Shown piece by piece: positions 47,869-57,700 of a DNA stretch of 64,000 nt. The DNA is from Candidatus Marinacidobacterales bacterium (GTDB taxonomy: Bacteria; Acidobacteriota; Vicinamibacteria; Marinacidobacterales; SMYC01): positions 64,001 through 128,000 of the forward strand of contig CBDCYI010000005.1 in the NCBI GenBank assembly GCA_965224085.1, written 5' to 3'. The notes under the pieces were generated by a model that had not been told where the DNA came from, did no database searches, and worked only from the letters and a program-made list of their open reading frames with translations. Positions within the stretch are counted from its first letter, which is position 1, and each line of letters opens with the position of its first letter. Made by a program: the position numbers and the translations under genes.

Positions 47869-50778
47869 TTGCGAGTTTCACATCACACCGTAGCGAGATA
47901 TGGTTGTGCTGTGACGCGCCGGGAAACGAACTTGAAAATAACAGCGGTCAGAGCCGCCGGGTTTCTCGTCGCCTATTTTGCACTCGCAGAGCTCGGCGTG
48001 CCGATGCGGTTGGACGCCATCAACGCGTCTCCGATCTGGCTTCCGACGGGGCTCTGTCTTGCGGCGATCTTCTTGTTCGGCTGGCGTTTCTGGCCCGTGG
48101 TGGCCCTGGCGGTAGCGGCCCGAACCCTCGTCGGCGACCTGCCGGTGACGATAGCTATCTGTTTGGGCCTTGCGAAAGCCGCCGAGGTGCTCGTCGCCTC
48201 ATACCTGATGAAGGGTCCCGGAAAATTCAAGGGTGAGCTCGACAGCGTGCGCGCGGTCCTATCTCTCGTGCTCGGCGCGGCCCTAGCCGGCTCGATCGTC
48301 GGTGCCCTCACCTCCACGACAGCGCTTTGTAGTCTAGGACTCGCACCCTGGTCCCGCTTCGTCGAGCTGGCGAGCACGTGGTGGCTCGGTGACGCGATGG
48401 GGATTCTCATCGCGGTACCCGCCATCTTGTTCGTCTCGCACCAAAAACGTTGGTCGCTCGATCGGCGCGCCGCGCTCTCCGCGGTAACGATTGCACTCCT
48501 GCTTCTGGCCACCGGCGAGATAGCCTTCGGTTCTTTGTTTCCGGTACGGGGCCTCCCTCTCGCCTATCTCTCCTTTCCGTGCATCTTCTGGGCGTCCTTA
48601 CGTTTTGGCGCAAACGGGGCCGCCCTTTCGTCGGGGCTGGCCTCTTTGCACGCAACGATCGGCACACTTCGCGGCTACGGGCCCTTTGTGCGCGAGTCGG
48701 ACGTGGAAAGTCTGGTTCTGCTGGAGACGTTTCTTGCCGTTATCGTCGTCACGAGCATGCTTCTCGGCGCGGTCATCGCGGAACGCCGCAACGCGGCCCA
48801 AGCTCTACTAAAAAGCCAGGTCCGCTACAACTTGGCATCGGCGGCGGGAAGCGCGGGTGTGTGGGACTGGGAGCTCGCAACGAACGAGCTCTACGTGGAC
48901 CCCGTGTTCAAGCGCATTCTTGGATATGAGGAGCACGAAATCAGGAACCATCTCGACGACTGGACACGCTTGGTGCCCCCGGAAGACGCGGAAGCGGTAC
49001 GGGCCGCGACGACGCGCCACATCAAAGGTGAGACCGCGCGGCTCGAAGTCGAGTACCGTATCTTTCACAAAGACGGTAGTCTGCGATGGTTCATGGTTCG
49101 AGGCGAGGCGCAACGGGACGCCTCTGGCCGCGTCTTTCGCTGCACCGGGACCGTGGTCGACATCACGGAGCAAAAAGTTGCGGAAGAGGCACTGGAACAT
49201 GGAGAGCAAACGATCCGTCACCAGCTCGAAGAATTGAACTATCTTTATCAAACGACGCCGGTGGGCCTTTGTGTCATGGATCGAGAGCTCCGATACGTGC
49301 GTATCAACGAACGTCTCGCGGCCATCCATGGCAGAACGGTAGAAGAACACTTGGGCCGGACGATTTTCGAGCTGCTCCCTGAGATCGCGTCGAAAGTCGA
49401 GCCGATCTATCGCAATGTCTTCGAGACCGGAGAGCCCATCATCGATCTCGAAGTTCGTGCGCCTGATCCAAAGGATCCGGGCGTCGGGCGGTACTACCTT
49501 GCGAGCTTCTACCCGCACAGCGTTGACGGCGAAGTGCGCACCATCTCGAACGTCGTCCAAGATATCACGTCGCGCAAACGCGCGGAACGGATGCAGGCGG
49601 CGAACAACCGCGTTCTCGAGCTCGTGGCCCAAGGCAGTGACCTGTCCGAGGTCATGAGCCTTCTCGCGCATAACCTCGAAGTGCAAACCGAGCGTGGATG
49701 CATCGCACGACTCATGGAACCGTCGGGTGACGCCTTGCGCGTCGTTGCCGCGCCGAGCTTACCCGCGGAACATGACGCAGCGCTCGACGTCCTTCCTGTC
49801 GGATCGCGAGGAGGAACTTGCGGACGCGCCGCGGCCGAGCGAGGACAGGTCGTGACGGAGGACATCAACAAGGAAGCGTCGTGGAAAAATTACGTGTCGG
49901 CCGCGACCGCCGTCAATATCCGCAGTTGCTGGTCGGTGCCGATCTTGTCGAGCTCGCACGCGGTCCTCGGTACGGTCGGCCTCTACTCCAATGAGTCGCG
50001 AGAGCCGGACGAGCAGGAAACGGAAGTCCTACGAAACGCGGCCGATCTCGCAAGTGTGGCGATCGAACATGCGCATGCGCGCGAAGCACTGACGACGAGC
50101 GAAGCGTCGCTTCGGGAAAGCCACGAAGAGATTCGCCTTCTCGCCGCCCGCCTCATCGCCGCACAGGAGCAGGAACGCCAGCGCGTTTCGAGAGAGCTTC
50201 ACGACGGGTTGAATCAGCAGCTCGCCGCGCTGTCGTTCGAGATCGGAAGGCTCCGCACTGAAGTCTCGCAGGAGCAGCCCGGCATTCGCCATCGCTTGGG
50301 GGAGCTCCAGGCGCGCGCCATCGCTTTGATAGATGATGCCCGCCGGATGTCGCACGAGCTCCATCCGTCGACGCTCGAGCATCTCGGTATCGTCGCGGCG
50401 ATTCGGGCCTACTGCGGCGAGGTCAGCCGGCGCGGCGAGACGACCGTGCGTTTCGATTCCATCCATCCGCCGGAGCCCATAGCTCCTCCCGCTGCGCTTT
50501 GTCTTTTCCGCGTCGTTCAGGAAGGTGTCCAAAACGCCGCCAAGCATTCGATGGCAACCGTCGTCCAGGTCACGCTTCGAGGCTCCGACGATAACCTCAC
50601 GCTCGCCATCTCTGATGACGGCCGCGGGTTCGACACCGAGCGTACGAACGGAGGTCTCGGGCTCGTCAGCATGGCCGAGCGCGTCCGCGTCATCGGCGGC
50701 GAGTTCAGTATTCGCTCCTCGCTCAACAAAGGAACCCGTCTAGAAGTGCGGCTTCCCTCGTCACCAGTCGCCCAGTAA
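47869..50778 (+). CDS. MASE1-PAS-PAS-GAF-HisKA_3 sensor histidine kinase
   Basis: SPIWLPTG and WWLGDAMG (MASE1), two PAS domains, GAF, ERQRVSRELHD, FRVVQE...NA.KHS, DDGRGFD, GLGL; start uncertain. Confidence 0.9.
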   Translation: MRVSHHTVARYGCAVTRRETNLKITAVRAAGFLVAYFALAELGVPMRLDAINASPIWLPTGLCLAAIFLFGWRFWPVVALAVAARTLVGDLPVTIAICLGLAKAAEVLVASYLMKGPGKFKGELDSVRAVLSLVLGAALAGSIVGALTSTTALCSLGLAPWSRFVELASTWWLGDAMGILIAVPAILFVSHQKRWSLDRRAALSAVTIALLLLATGEIAFGSLFPVRGLPLAYLSFPCIFWASLRFGANGAALSSGLASLHATIGTLRGYGPFVRESDVESLVLLETFLAVIVVTSMLLGAVIAERRNAAQALLKSQVRYNLASAAGSAGVWDWELATNELYVDPVFKRILGYEEHEIRNHLDDWTRLVPPEDAEAVRAATTRHIKGETARLEVEYRIFHKDGSLRWFMVRGEAQRDASGRVFRCTGTVVDITEQKVAEEALEHGEQTIRHQLEELNYLYQTTPVGLCVMDRELRYVRINERLAAIHGRTVEEHLGRTIFELLPEIASKVEPIYRNVFETGEPIIDLEVRAPDPKDPGVGRYYLASFYPHSVDGEVRTISNVVQDITSRKRAERMQAANNRVLELVAQGSDLSEVMSLLAHNLEVQTERGCIARLMEPSGDALRVVAAPSLPAEHDAALDVLPVGSRGGTCGRAAAERGQVVTEDINKEASWKNYVSAATAVNIRSCWSVPILSSSHAVLGTVGLYSNESREPDEQETEVLRNAADLASVAIEHAHAREALTTSEASLRESHEEIRLLAARLIAAQEQERQRVSRELHDGLNQQLAALSFEIGRLRTEVSQEQPGIRHRLGELQARAIALIDDARRMSHELHPSTLEHLGIVAAIRAYCGEVSRRGETTVRFDSIHPPEPIAPPAALCLFRVVQEGVQNAAKHSMATVVQVTLRGSDDNLTLAISDDGRGFDTERTNGGLGLVSMAERVRVIGGEFSIRSSLNKGTRLEVRLPSSPVAQ

Positions 50779-51202
50779 TCGCGGCCACTCACTGTTCGAA
50801 CGCGGCAACTCGAAAGAAACGAGCCTCCTTCGAGAAACTTCCTCCCCGGTCTTTCCGTCCACGGCGGCGAGAAGAGGCAAGCACGATGTTGACGAGACGA
50901 TCCCTATTGAACATCGACCGCCGCGGACTCAAGGCTGCGACGATTCAGTCATCCCACGGTTTGGTCTGGGATAGGAGCCCCTACTCGTTTGGAGAGCGCA
51001 GCGCTTCCCAGCTGAGTGGATAGTGCAGAAAAGTCCATAAAACCAGTCATTTATCGTGAACGTGATCGTAAAAATGTTTTCAAAAACTCTGCTATTCTGG
51101 TCTCAAAGATATAGTTAGCCAGTTGGTCGGGAAAGGACGCCAAAGCGGGCTCGAAAGCCGATCGACAGCAGATGCTCGAGGAGAATTCAAGGAAAAGAGT
51201 CG

Positions 51203-52133
51203 GTGACTATCGGTCATAGAACGCTACTTATTCTTGGCATTCTGTCGGCAGTTTCGATACTGCTGAGCTTTCTTGTGCTGCGGGCGACCGTGTATCCCAC
51301 GTTCTTAGTTCTGGAGAATCAGGCTGCAGACGAAAATTTGGCAAGAGTCACCGCAGCTATTCAAAGTCAGCTGGACGGTTTGGCAATCCTCAACTCCGAA
51401 TACTCCAAGTGGGATGACACGTACGAGTTTCTGCACGAATACAATGACTACTATGTTCCTACCAACGTAAACGCGACAACGCTGGATAATCTTGACGCAG
51501 ATGTCCTGGTTATTTTGGACAGGAAGGGGGATATCGTTGTAGGTATCGGGCGCGATCCAAATAACGCCGGAGCCATTCCAACAAACGACCCCTTTGAAGA
51601 ATTCGAATCGGCCCGTGAAGCTTTCTCGGTGAGTGATAGCTCGTCCAACCGGCGGGTCGGGGTTGTTCGAACAAGCAAAGGGCCTTTCCTCGCTACCTCT
51701 TTGCCGGTACTGCCAACGAGTGGAATTGGGGAGCCTGCTGGGTCTGTGCTACTTGGACGGTTCTTGGATGCTGGGCGGACGGAGCGAATCAAGAAACAGC
51801 TTTCCGTTGAATTTGTGCTTACACCGGCGCCGACCGGGCCCAATGCGCAAGAAGAATTGGAAAAGTCCGATCCGGTAGCGGTTGAGCTGCCGCGGCTGCA
51901 GGATGCGACCACTATTCTCGCCTATCGCTACATTCAGGATATCTTCGGGCGAGCGGCGTTCCTGTTGGAAGTGTCGACACCAAGAAGTGTGACGGCAGCC
52001 GGCAGGCAGGCGGTGACCGCCGCATTGGTTTTCTTGGCTATTACGAGCCTGCTCTACCTTTTGGTCAGCACTTTTTCACTCAGACGACTGATCATCAAAC
52101 CAGTGGTGGAGCTCACCCATCACATTACCGAAC
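51203..52133 (+). pseudogene. CHASE4-domain sensor, truncated at the start of the HAMP domain by an IS200 end
   Basis: TM, EYSKWDDTYEF (CHASE4), G..LLGRFLD, second TM, IIKPV.EL, then IS hairpins; visibly more AT-rich. Confidence 0.82.
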
Positions 52134-52361
52134 TGAGCGGGTGCGCTCCATCGCCTAAAGGCGATGGGTTCGCGGGCGACTAAAGTCGCCTAAAGGCGCA
52201 CGGCGGAGGATTACTCGCTTACCCTGAACGACTCGTCGTCTTCCGGCAGCTCTCCTTGCAGCTCGATGTACTTGGCCACAACCTCATCGGTCACGTTTCC
52301 GCTCGTCGCTACAAAATAGCCGCGCGCCCACAGGTGCCGACCCCAAAACTTCTTGCGGATC
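52134..52361 (-). mobile_element. IS200 remnant (tnpA 3' end plus right-end hairpins)
   Basis: IRKKFWGRHLWARGYFVATSGNVTDEVVAKYIELQ ending at 52211; CCATCGCC-TAAA-GGCGATGG hairpin; remainder replaced by IS5. Confidence 0.85.
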
Positions 52362-52363
52362 GC

Positions 52364-53450
52364 TGCCTTGGTGCACAACTCCGATAGAGGCCGAGAGCTC
52401 GCTTGGCCCCGACTCCCATCATCCGATCATCTCGCTATCAGGCATCCCGAGCGCCGTCATGGTGTTGAGAATCTTGCACCCGATCCTTGCCTCGACTCTC
52501 TGTGCCGCCAACCCTCTCGCTCGCATCGCTGAGCCCACGATAGCCTTGTAGCGATGGAACGTTGTCTCGACTTTGCTCCGTTTGCTGTAGCCCGATTCTG
52601 TGTGCCACTTTCGTTTGCCGAGCCGAGCTTGTGCTGCAATGTTGCGATTGCGCTGTCGGCTGCTCGCCGGCCCCGATGCGAGCTGGGCGCCCTTGCGCGG
52701 CGGTATCAGCACCCTCGGCGAGCGATGAGCGCTGTGATTCTCGATTGCCTCATAGACGCCGCTGGCGTCGTATGCGGTGTCAGCTCTGGCCGATGAGATG
52801 GGACTGTCGCTCTGTCCGACAAGCGATGCAACCCGCGATGAATCGCGGGCTCTTTTGCTCGTCAGCTCGCCGGCGACGACTTCGCCAGTCTGCTCGTCGA
52901 CACACAGATGGAGCTTGCGATAGTCCCTGCTATTTGGTGCTCTGCGCAGCTGGCCGGCGTGGACAGCGAGACCGCTGCTGTCGAACAAGATGTGCAACGG
53001 CGTCTTCTGCTTGTCTTGGTAGAAGGGGACCTTACCCAGCTTCGCCTTGCGCCTCGAGATCGTGGTGTGATCGGGCACATCATTGTCTAGCTTCATCAGA
53101 GCGAACAACGATCGCAGCAATCCCTCGCTCTGCCTAGACGACAGATGAAACACCATGCCCAGGGTGACAGCCGTCTCGATGGCGTGGTTCGAGTACTTGC
53201 GTTGACGGCCCGGTTTCCTCCTCCTTGGCCGGGGCGCGTCCCAGTTCACAAGCTTGCCGGCGGTGAGCGAGATCCAGACGGTCAGGCTCCCGCGGTTGCG
53301 TAGACCCGCCTCATATTCACGCCAATTCCTCACGCGATAGGCCTTCTTCACATACTTCCGCTGAGTGCGTTTGAAAATGCTCATGGGGAACCTCGTATCC
53401 GCGAGTACAGGACAATTGTGGACCGAGATCGCGAGTTGTGCACCAAGGCA
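52364..53450 (-). mobile_element. IS5-family (IS903-like) element, copy 1
   Basis: 18-bp terminal inverted repeats TGCCTTGGTGCACAACTC; no target duplication. Confidence 0.93.
52419..53384 (-). CDS. IS5/IS903-group transposase
   Basis: YRVRNWREYEAGL.NRGSLT.W, PDHTTISRR, DSSG, RKLHL, AD.AYD, Y..RS.VE. Confidence 0.93.
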   Translation of the reverse strand: MSIFKRTQRKYVKKAYRVRNWREYEAGLRNRGSLTVWISLTAGKLVNWDAPRPRRRKPGRQRKYSNHAIETAVTLGMVFHLSSRQSEGLLRSLFALMKLDNDVPDHTTISRRKAKLGKVPFYQDKQKTPLHILFDSSGLAVHAGQLRRAPNSRDYRKLHLCVDEQTGEVVAGELTSKRARDSSRVASLVGQSDSPISSARADTAYDASGVYEAIENHSAHRSPRVLIPPRKGAQLASGPASSRQRNRNIAAQARLGKRKWHTESGYSKRSKVETTFHRYKAIVGSAMRARGLAAQRVEARIGCKILNTMTALGMPDSEMIG

Positions 53451-53880
53451 CCGCACCGACGCCAACGCGAAACTGGTTTTTCTGGTCGACAAGAACGGTC
53501 AGCAAATCGCCGCGCACGGCAATATCGACAATTTGGACACCACGTCATTGGCATCTCTCACTGCCGGCAATGTTGCGGCAACAGATGCTCTCGCCAAGCT
53601 CATCGGTGAAAAGGAATTCTCGGTGCTCTTTCACGAAGGTGAGAGAGACAATATCCATATTTCCATCGTTGGGCTGCGTGTCATTCTCGTGGTGATTTTC
53701 GACGAGCGCTCCTCTCTCGGCCTGGTTCGGCTGCGTGTCAAGAAGGCCGCGGTGGAGCTCAACGGCGTATTCGACAGCATCATGCAGAAGGTCGAAGCCG
53801 AGAAGTCTACAGGGGGGAGTTTCGAATCCCCATTCGCGGAGATTACCGACGAAGACATCGATAGCTTGTTCAGTGAGTGA
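53451..53880 (+). pseudogene. mglB: MglB (roadblock GAP), 5'-truncated by IS5; in frame with an IS-borne ORF from 53365
   Basis: DANAK.VFLVDKNGQ.IA, DTTSLASLTAGN.AAT..LA.LIGE.EF, SSLGLVRLRVKK; native N-terminus missing. Confidence 0.88.
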
Positions 53881-53889
53881 GGCCTGGCG

Positions 53890-54483
53890 ATGACATTCAT
53901 CAACTACGCCTCACGTGAAATCAACTGCAAGATCGTGTACTACGGTCCCGGCCTGTGCGGGAAGACCACCAATCTGCAATTCATTTACGAAAAGACGAAT
54001 CCGAACGCCAAAGGCAAGCTCATTTCGCTGGCGACGGAGACCGACCGCACGCTCTTTTTCGACTTTCTGCCTCTCGAGCTCGGAAACGTGCGCGGTTTCA
54101 AGACACGATTCCACCTCTATACGGTGCCCGGGCAAGTGTTCTACGACGCTTCCCGAAAGCTCATCCTAAAGGGCGTGGATGGTGTCATCTTCGTTGCCGA
54201 TTCCCAGCGCGAGCGCATGGACGCGAATGTGGAGAGCCTCCGAAACCTCGAGCAGAACTTGAAGGCTCAAGGCTACGAGATTCGAAGCCTGCCTTACGTC
54301 CTTCAGCTGAACAAACGCGACTTGCCGAGTGCGCTTCCTGTCGAGGAGATGAAAGCGAAGCTGGGCCTCAACAACGAGCCCGTGCTCGAGGCAATTGCAG
54401 CCTCGGATGAGGGGATCGGCGTCTTCGACACGCTCAAAGCCGTCGCCAAGCTCGTCTTGCAGGACTTGACCAAGACGACGTAA
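53890..54483 (+). CDS. mglA: Gliding-motility small GTPase MglA
   Basis: [49 protein letters not shown]. Confidence 0.97.
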   Translation: MTFINYASREINCKIVYYGPGLCGKTTNLQFIYEKTNPNAKGKLISLATETDRTLFFDFLPLELGNVRGFKTRFHLYTVPGQVFYDASRKLILKGVDGVIFVADSQRERMDANVESLRNLEQNLKAQGYEIRSLPYVLQLNKRDLPSALPVEEMKAKLGLNNEPVLEAIAASDEGIGVFDTLKAVAKLVLQDLTKTT

Positions 54484-54493
54484 GTTAGACCCG

Positions 54494-54502
54494 TGCTATA
54501 AT
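54494..54502 (+). promoter_or_regulatory. Extended -10 promoter of tRNA-Asn
   Basis: TGCTATAAT 13 bp upstream of the tRNA. Confidence 0.6.
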
Positions 54503-54515
54503 CCCGGGCTTTCAT

Positions 54516-54591
54516 TCCCCGGTAGCTCAATTGGTGGAGCGACGGACTGTTAATCCGTAGGCTGTTGGTTCGAGTCCAACCCGGGGAGCCA
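54516..54591 (+). tRNA. tRNA-Asn(GTT)
   Basis: TCCCCGG/CCGGGGA acceptor stem, ACGGA-CTGTTAA-TCCGT anticodon arm, GTTCGAGTCC, CCA end. Confidence 0.97.
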
Positions 54592-54706
54592 AGCCCTTCA
54601 CATGACGGTCGGTTGAAGGACATTGTCATTGGCAAACCATTGAAAAGAAGTGGTTTGTAACGGAATGTTGCCTACACCACCCTCGATTCTGGATCGCGGT
54701 CGGTTA

Positions 54707-57700
54707 TCAGAGGGTCAAGGCGGGATCGCCGAAGAGGTTGTAGACGCTCAGGAGCTCGGGGAAGGCTCCCGTTTCGGCGTAGGCTTGTTGGGCGGCGAGC
54801 ACCGCGTCGCCTAGACGCTCGTGCTTGCCTTCGAACTCCACGAGCTCGCGCAGAAGCGCTTGGTGGAACCGATGCGCCGGTGCGTTCAAGCTCAGACCGC
54901 TCGGGGAGAACGCTGCAATCGCTCCTTTGTCCGTTGCCTTCACGAGCTCTTCGCTTAGCGAGTCGAGCGTCGGCAGGTGGAAGAAGCCGTTCAGGCAGTT
55001 CATCGTGAGGAGTATCGGCTGTTGCGATTGAGGCGACAGCGATTCGACGTCCGTGTAGTTGAAGACGTTCTCCGAGGCCCATACCACGATCCCGCCGTGG
55101 CCGATGTAGCTCACGATGGACGCCCCAGCGTCGAAGCTTTGCAGGATCGCTGCGCGCGTCGCGGCGGTTCCGAGATCGCTCAGGAAGATCGTCTCGGTGG
55201 GCTTCGACGCTAGCACGCTACCCGCGAGAGTGTTCGCATCTGCTTCGAAGTCGCCGGCTCCGTCCGCGTTGTCCACAACCAACACGGCGGGTCCCGTCAA
55301 TGTCGCGTCGCCCCGCTCGTAGGCCAGGATCTTCGCCACCATTTGCTCCGCTTCGTCCACGGTGCTCGCCGCTAGACGGCCAAGCGCGAGGTCGGGCAGA
55401 AAGTCGTCGCCGTTCACGGCCGCATAGCCCGGGTCCGAGGCCGTCCACATGTACGTGGTCTTCACGATCAAAGGTGGCACTTGATTCGGGACGCCCGTCT
55501 CCATGTAGTCCTTGTAGTCATACGTCGCGTCTCCCAAGAGCACCACGTAGCGTAGCGACGGCTTGCGCCAGTTGTGGTACGCATAGCGCAGAAACTCCCG
55601 AAGAGCCTCGGGCGTCGACTCTCCGTAGCCGAACTCCGCGTAGACGTCCTCGATCGCCACCGACTTCACTTTGAGTCCTTGTTGGCGGCGGTGCTTGAGA
55701 AGTGGCGTTGCCGCGCCGAGGAAAGCTCGCGGGCCGACCAACAGATATTCGGCACGGTTCCTTCGGTTCTTCAAAGTCGTTGAGGGCACCTCGCGAACTT
55801 TGGGTCGGCGCACTGACGCAGCGCTCACCGCGTAGTAGCTTTCGCCAGATTCCGCTCGGAAGCGCGCGGTTCCCGAATCGCTTTGGACTCCCCTCAGCCA
55901 ACGCGGGTGCTCGCCGCTCAGCTCCAGCACGTGGACGTCCGGGCCCCAAACCGCTCACCGCCGCGACTCCCGATTCCTTCCACTCGCCTTGGAGCTCTCC
56001 GCTTTCCGCCATCGGCACGCGCGGGTAGCTCAATGCGAAGCGGTCGAGCATCACCATCGAATACGCCGCACCGGTATCGCCGACGTTCTCGACCTCGAGC
56101 CTATTCTCTCCTTCAACGAGCACACCTGGCAGGAGCTCCACATCGATACGCCGCGAGCCTTTCCCGTCCCAGCTCGACTCGCCCACTAAGCTTCCATTCA
56201 CGTACACCCGCACGTGGTGGTCCGGATCTGCCTCGAAGTCACTCACACCCTGGAGCCATACGCTCAGGCTCGAGATTTGGGTCGTCGACGCGAGCGCGCT
56301 CACTTCGAACGGGTAGCTCTTCGTCACCGGTGCAAACAGCAGGTCCCACAGCCATCGGTCGGGAGCCTCCATAAGGGCGGCCTGGTAATAGCGATTTTGC
56401 TCTTGCTCCACGTGCTTCATGTAAAACGTCGTTGGCTCGCCGGACGGCGCTGCCGCGCTGTCGGGCATCATCGTGCCCTTGCTGCCCACTTCGAGCTCGT
56501 ATACCGCCTCGTTGCCGTACGGGTTTAGCGAGGCGCCTTCGCTCATGAAATACAGCGTCGAGCCTGGTTGGAAGCGCGGTCGGTTGGGCTCCAAATGGAA
56601 CGCCACCGCTTTACCTTGACGGCTCAGGCTCAGCGAGCGAGCGGGAACACTGCGGCTTCCGCTGAGCACGTCTTCGTAGCGCACTGCGTAGAGACCTTGC
56701 TCCGTCGTTACGAGCCGTTTCGCCACGCTTCTTTCGTCGTGGCTTCTTCGCCTTCGGTAGCGGCGGCCTCGTCGTCCGCGTGTGGCTTCTTCGGAAGGAT
56801 CCGGCGTCCGGAACGACATGCGCACTACGAGACGACGTGCAAGGAGCAGCTGACCTCGCGCCGCATCCCAGCGTAGCGGCGCCAGCTCTACGAGAGCTTT
56901 TTTCACCTCGCCCTGAAAGCCAACGTCCAAAAGACGCGCCGCGCTCGACGGGCTCAGTCCTTCCCCTCGAAACGCTTTCCGCGCTCGGCGGTTCACCGCG
57001 CGCACCGTGCCATCGTACGACGCCACCACCTCGGGTATCGCCGCTTGCGATGGACGCAAGCTCGTAAACGCTTCGACCTCGGTCGCTTTCACCGACAAAA
57101 GCTCTACTTTACGGCCCGCGATCGCCTCCACCCAATGACGCTTCACCGGAAGCGCCGGGGCGTCCGCTTCTCCAAGCTCAACGAAGCCCGGGATGCTCAG
57201 ACGCACCGAGCCGTCTTCTTGCGGCAGCGCGTAGAAGCCGTTGGTCTCGAGCTCAATCTGGATCTGGTCACGGCCTCGTGGCGTCACGCGCCACATGCTC
57301 GACGAGGGCTCGCCATACGTAATGAGCGCGTCCTCGGACTCGGACGCAGGGGGAGCCCCCTCGTCGGGCTCGTCGGGCGAAGACGTCACTCCCGCGCCGG
57401 GCGTCGCCGAGACCGGTCCGTGCTTCTCGGTCTGTCCCGTCGTCTCGATGTCTTCCAACTGGTAGTAGTAGGTCGTCCCGTTCACGAGGCCCGCGTCGCG
57501 GTAGCTGTAGCCCGCGCCTTCCGGCGAGGAGCCGAGACCGGGGATGAGCCTTTCCGTGAGCCGCTCCCACGGGCCGTCTTCGGAGACCGCGCGGTACAGG
57601 TGAAAGCCCAAGTTGTTCAGCTCCGAGCCGGTGCGCCACTCGAGGTCCACGGCGGCGTCGGCCGCTCGGGCGAGGAATGAGTGCAGCTCCACTGCCGTCG

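Noticed and set aside
47414-47893. Small ORFs between the SRPBCC gene and the MASE1 kinase
   Set aside because: Overlapping candidates with no recognisable motif; possibly a frameshifted remnant, but not supportable
42881-52361. TnpB/IscB RNA-guided nuclease associated with the IS200 elements
   Set aside because: The complete elements are only about 540-640 bp and contain tnpA alone
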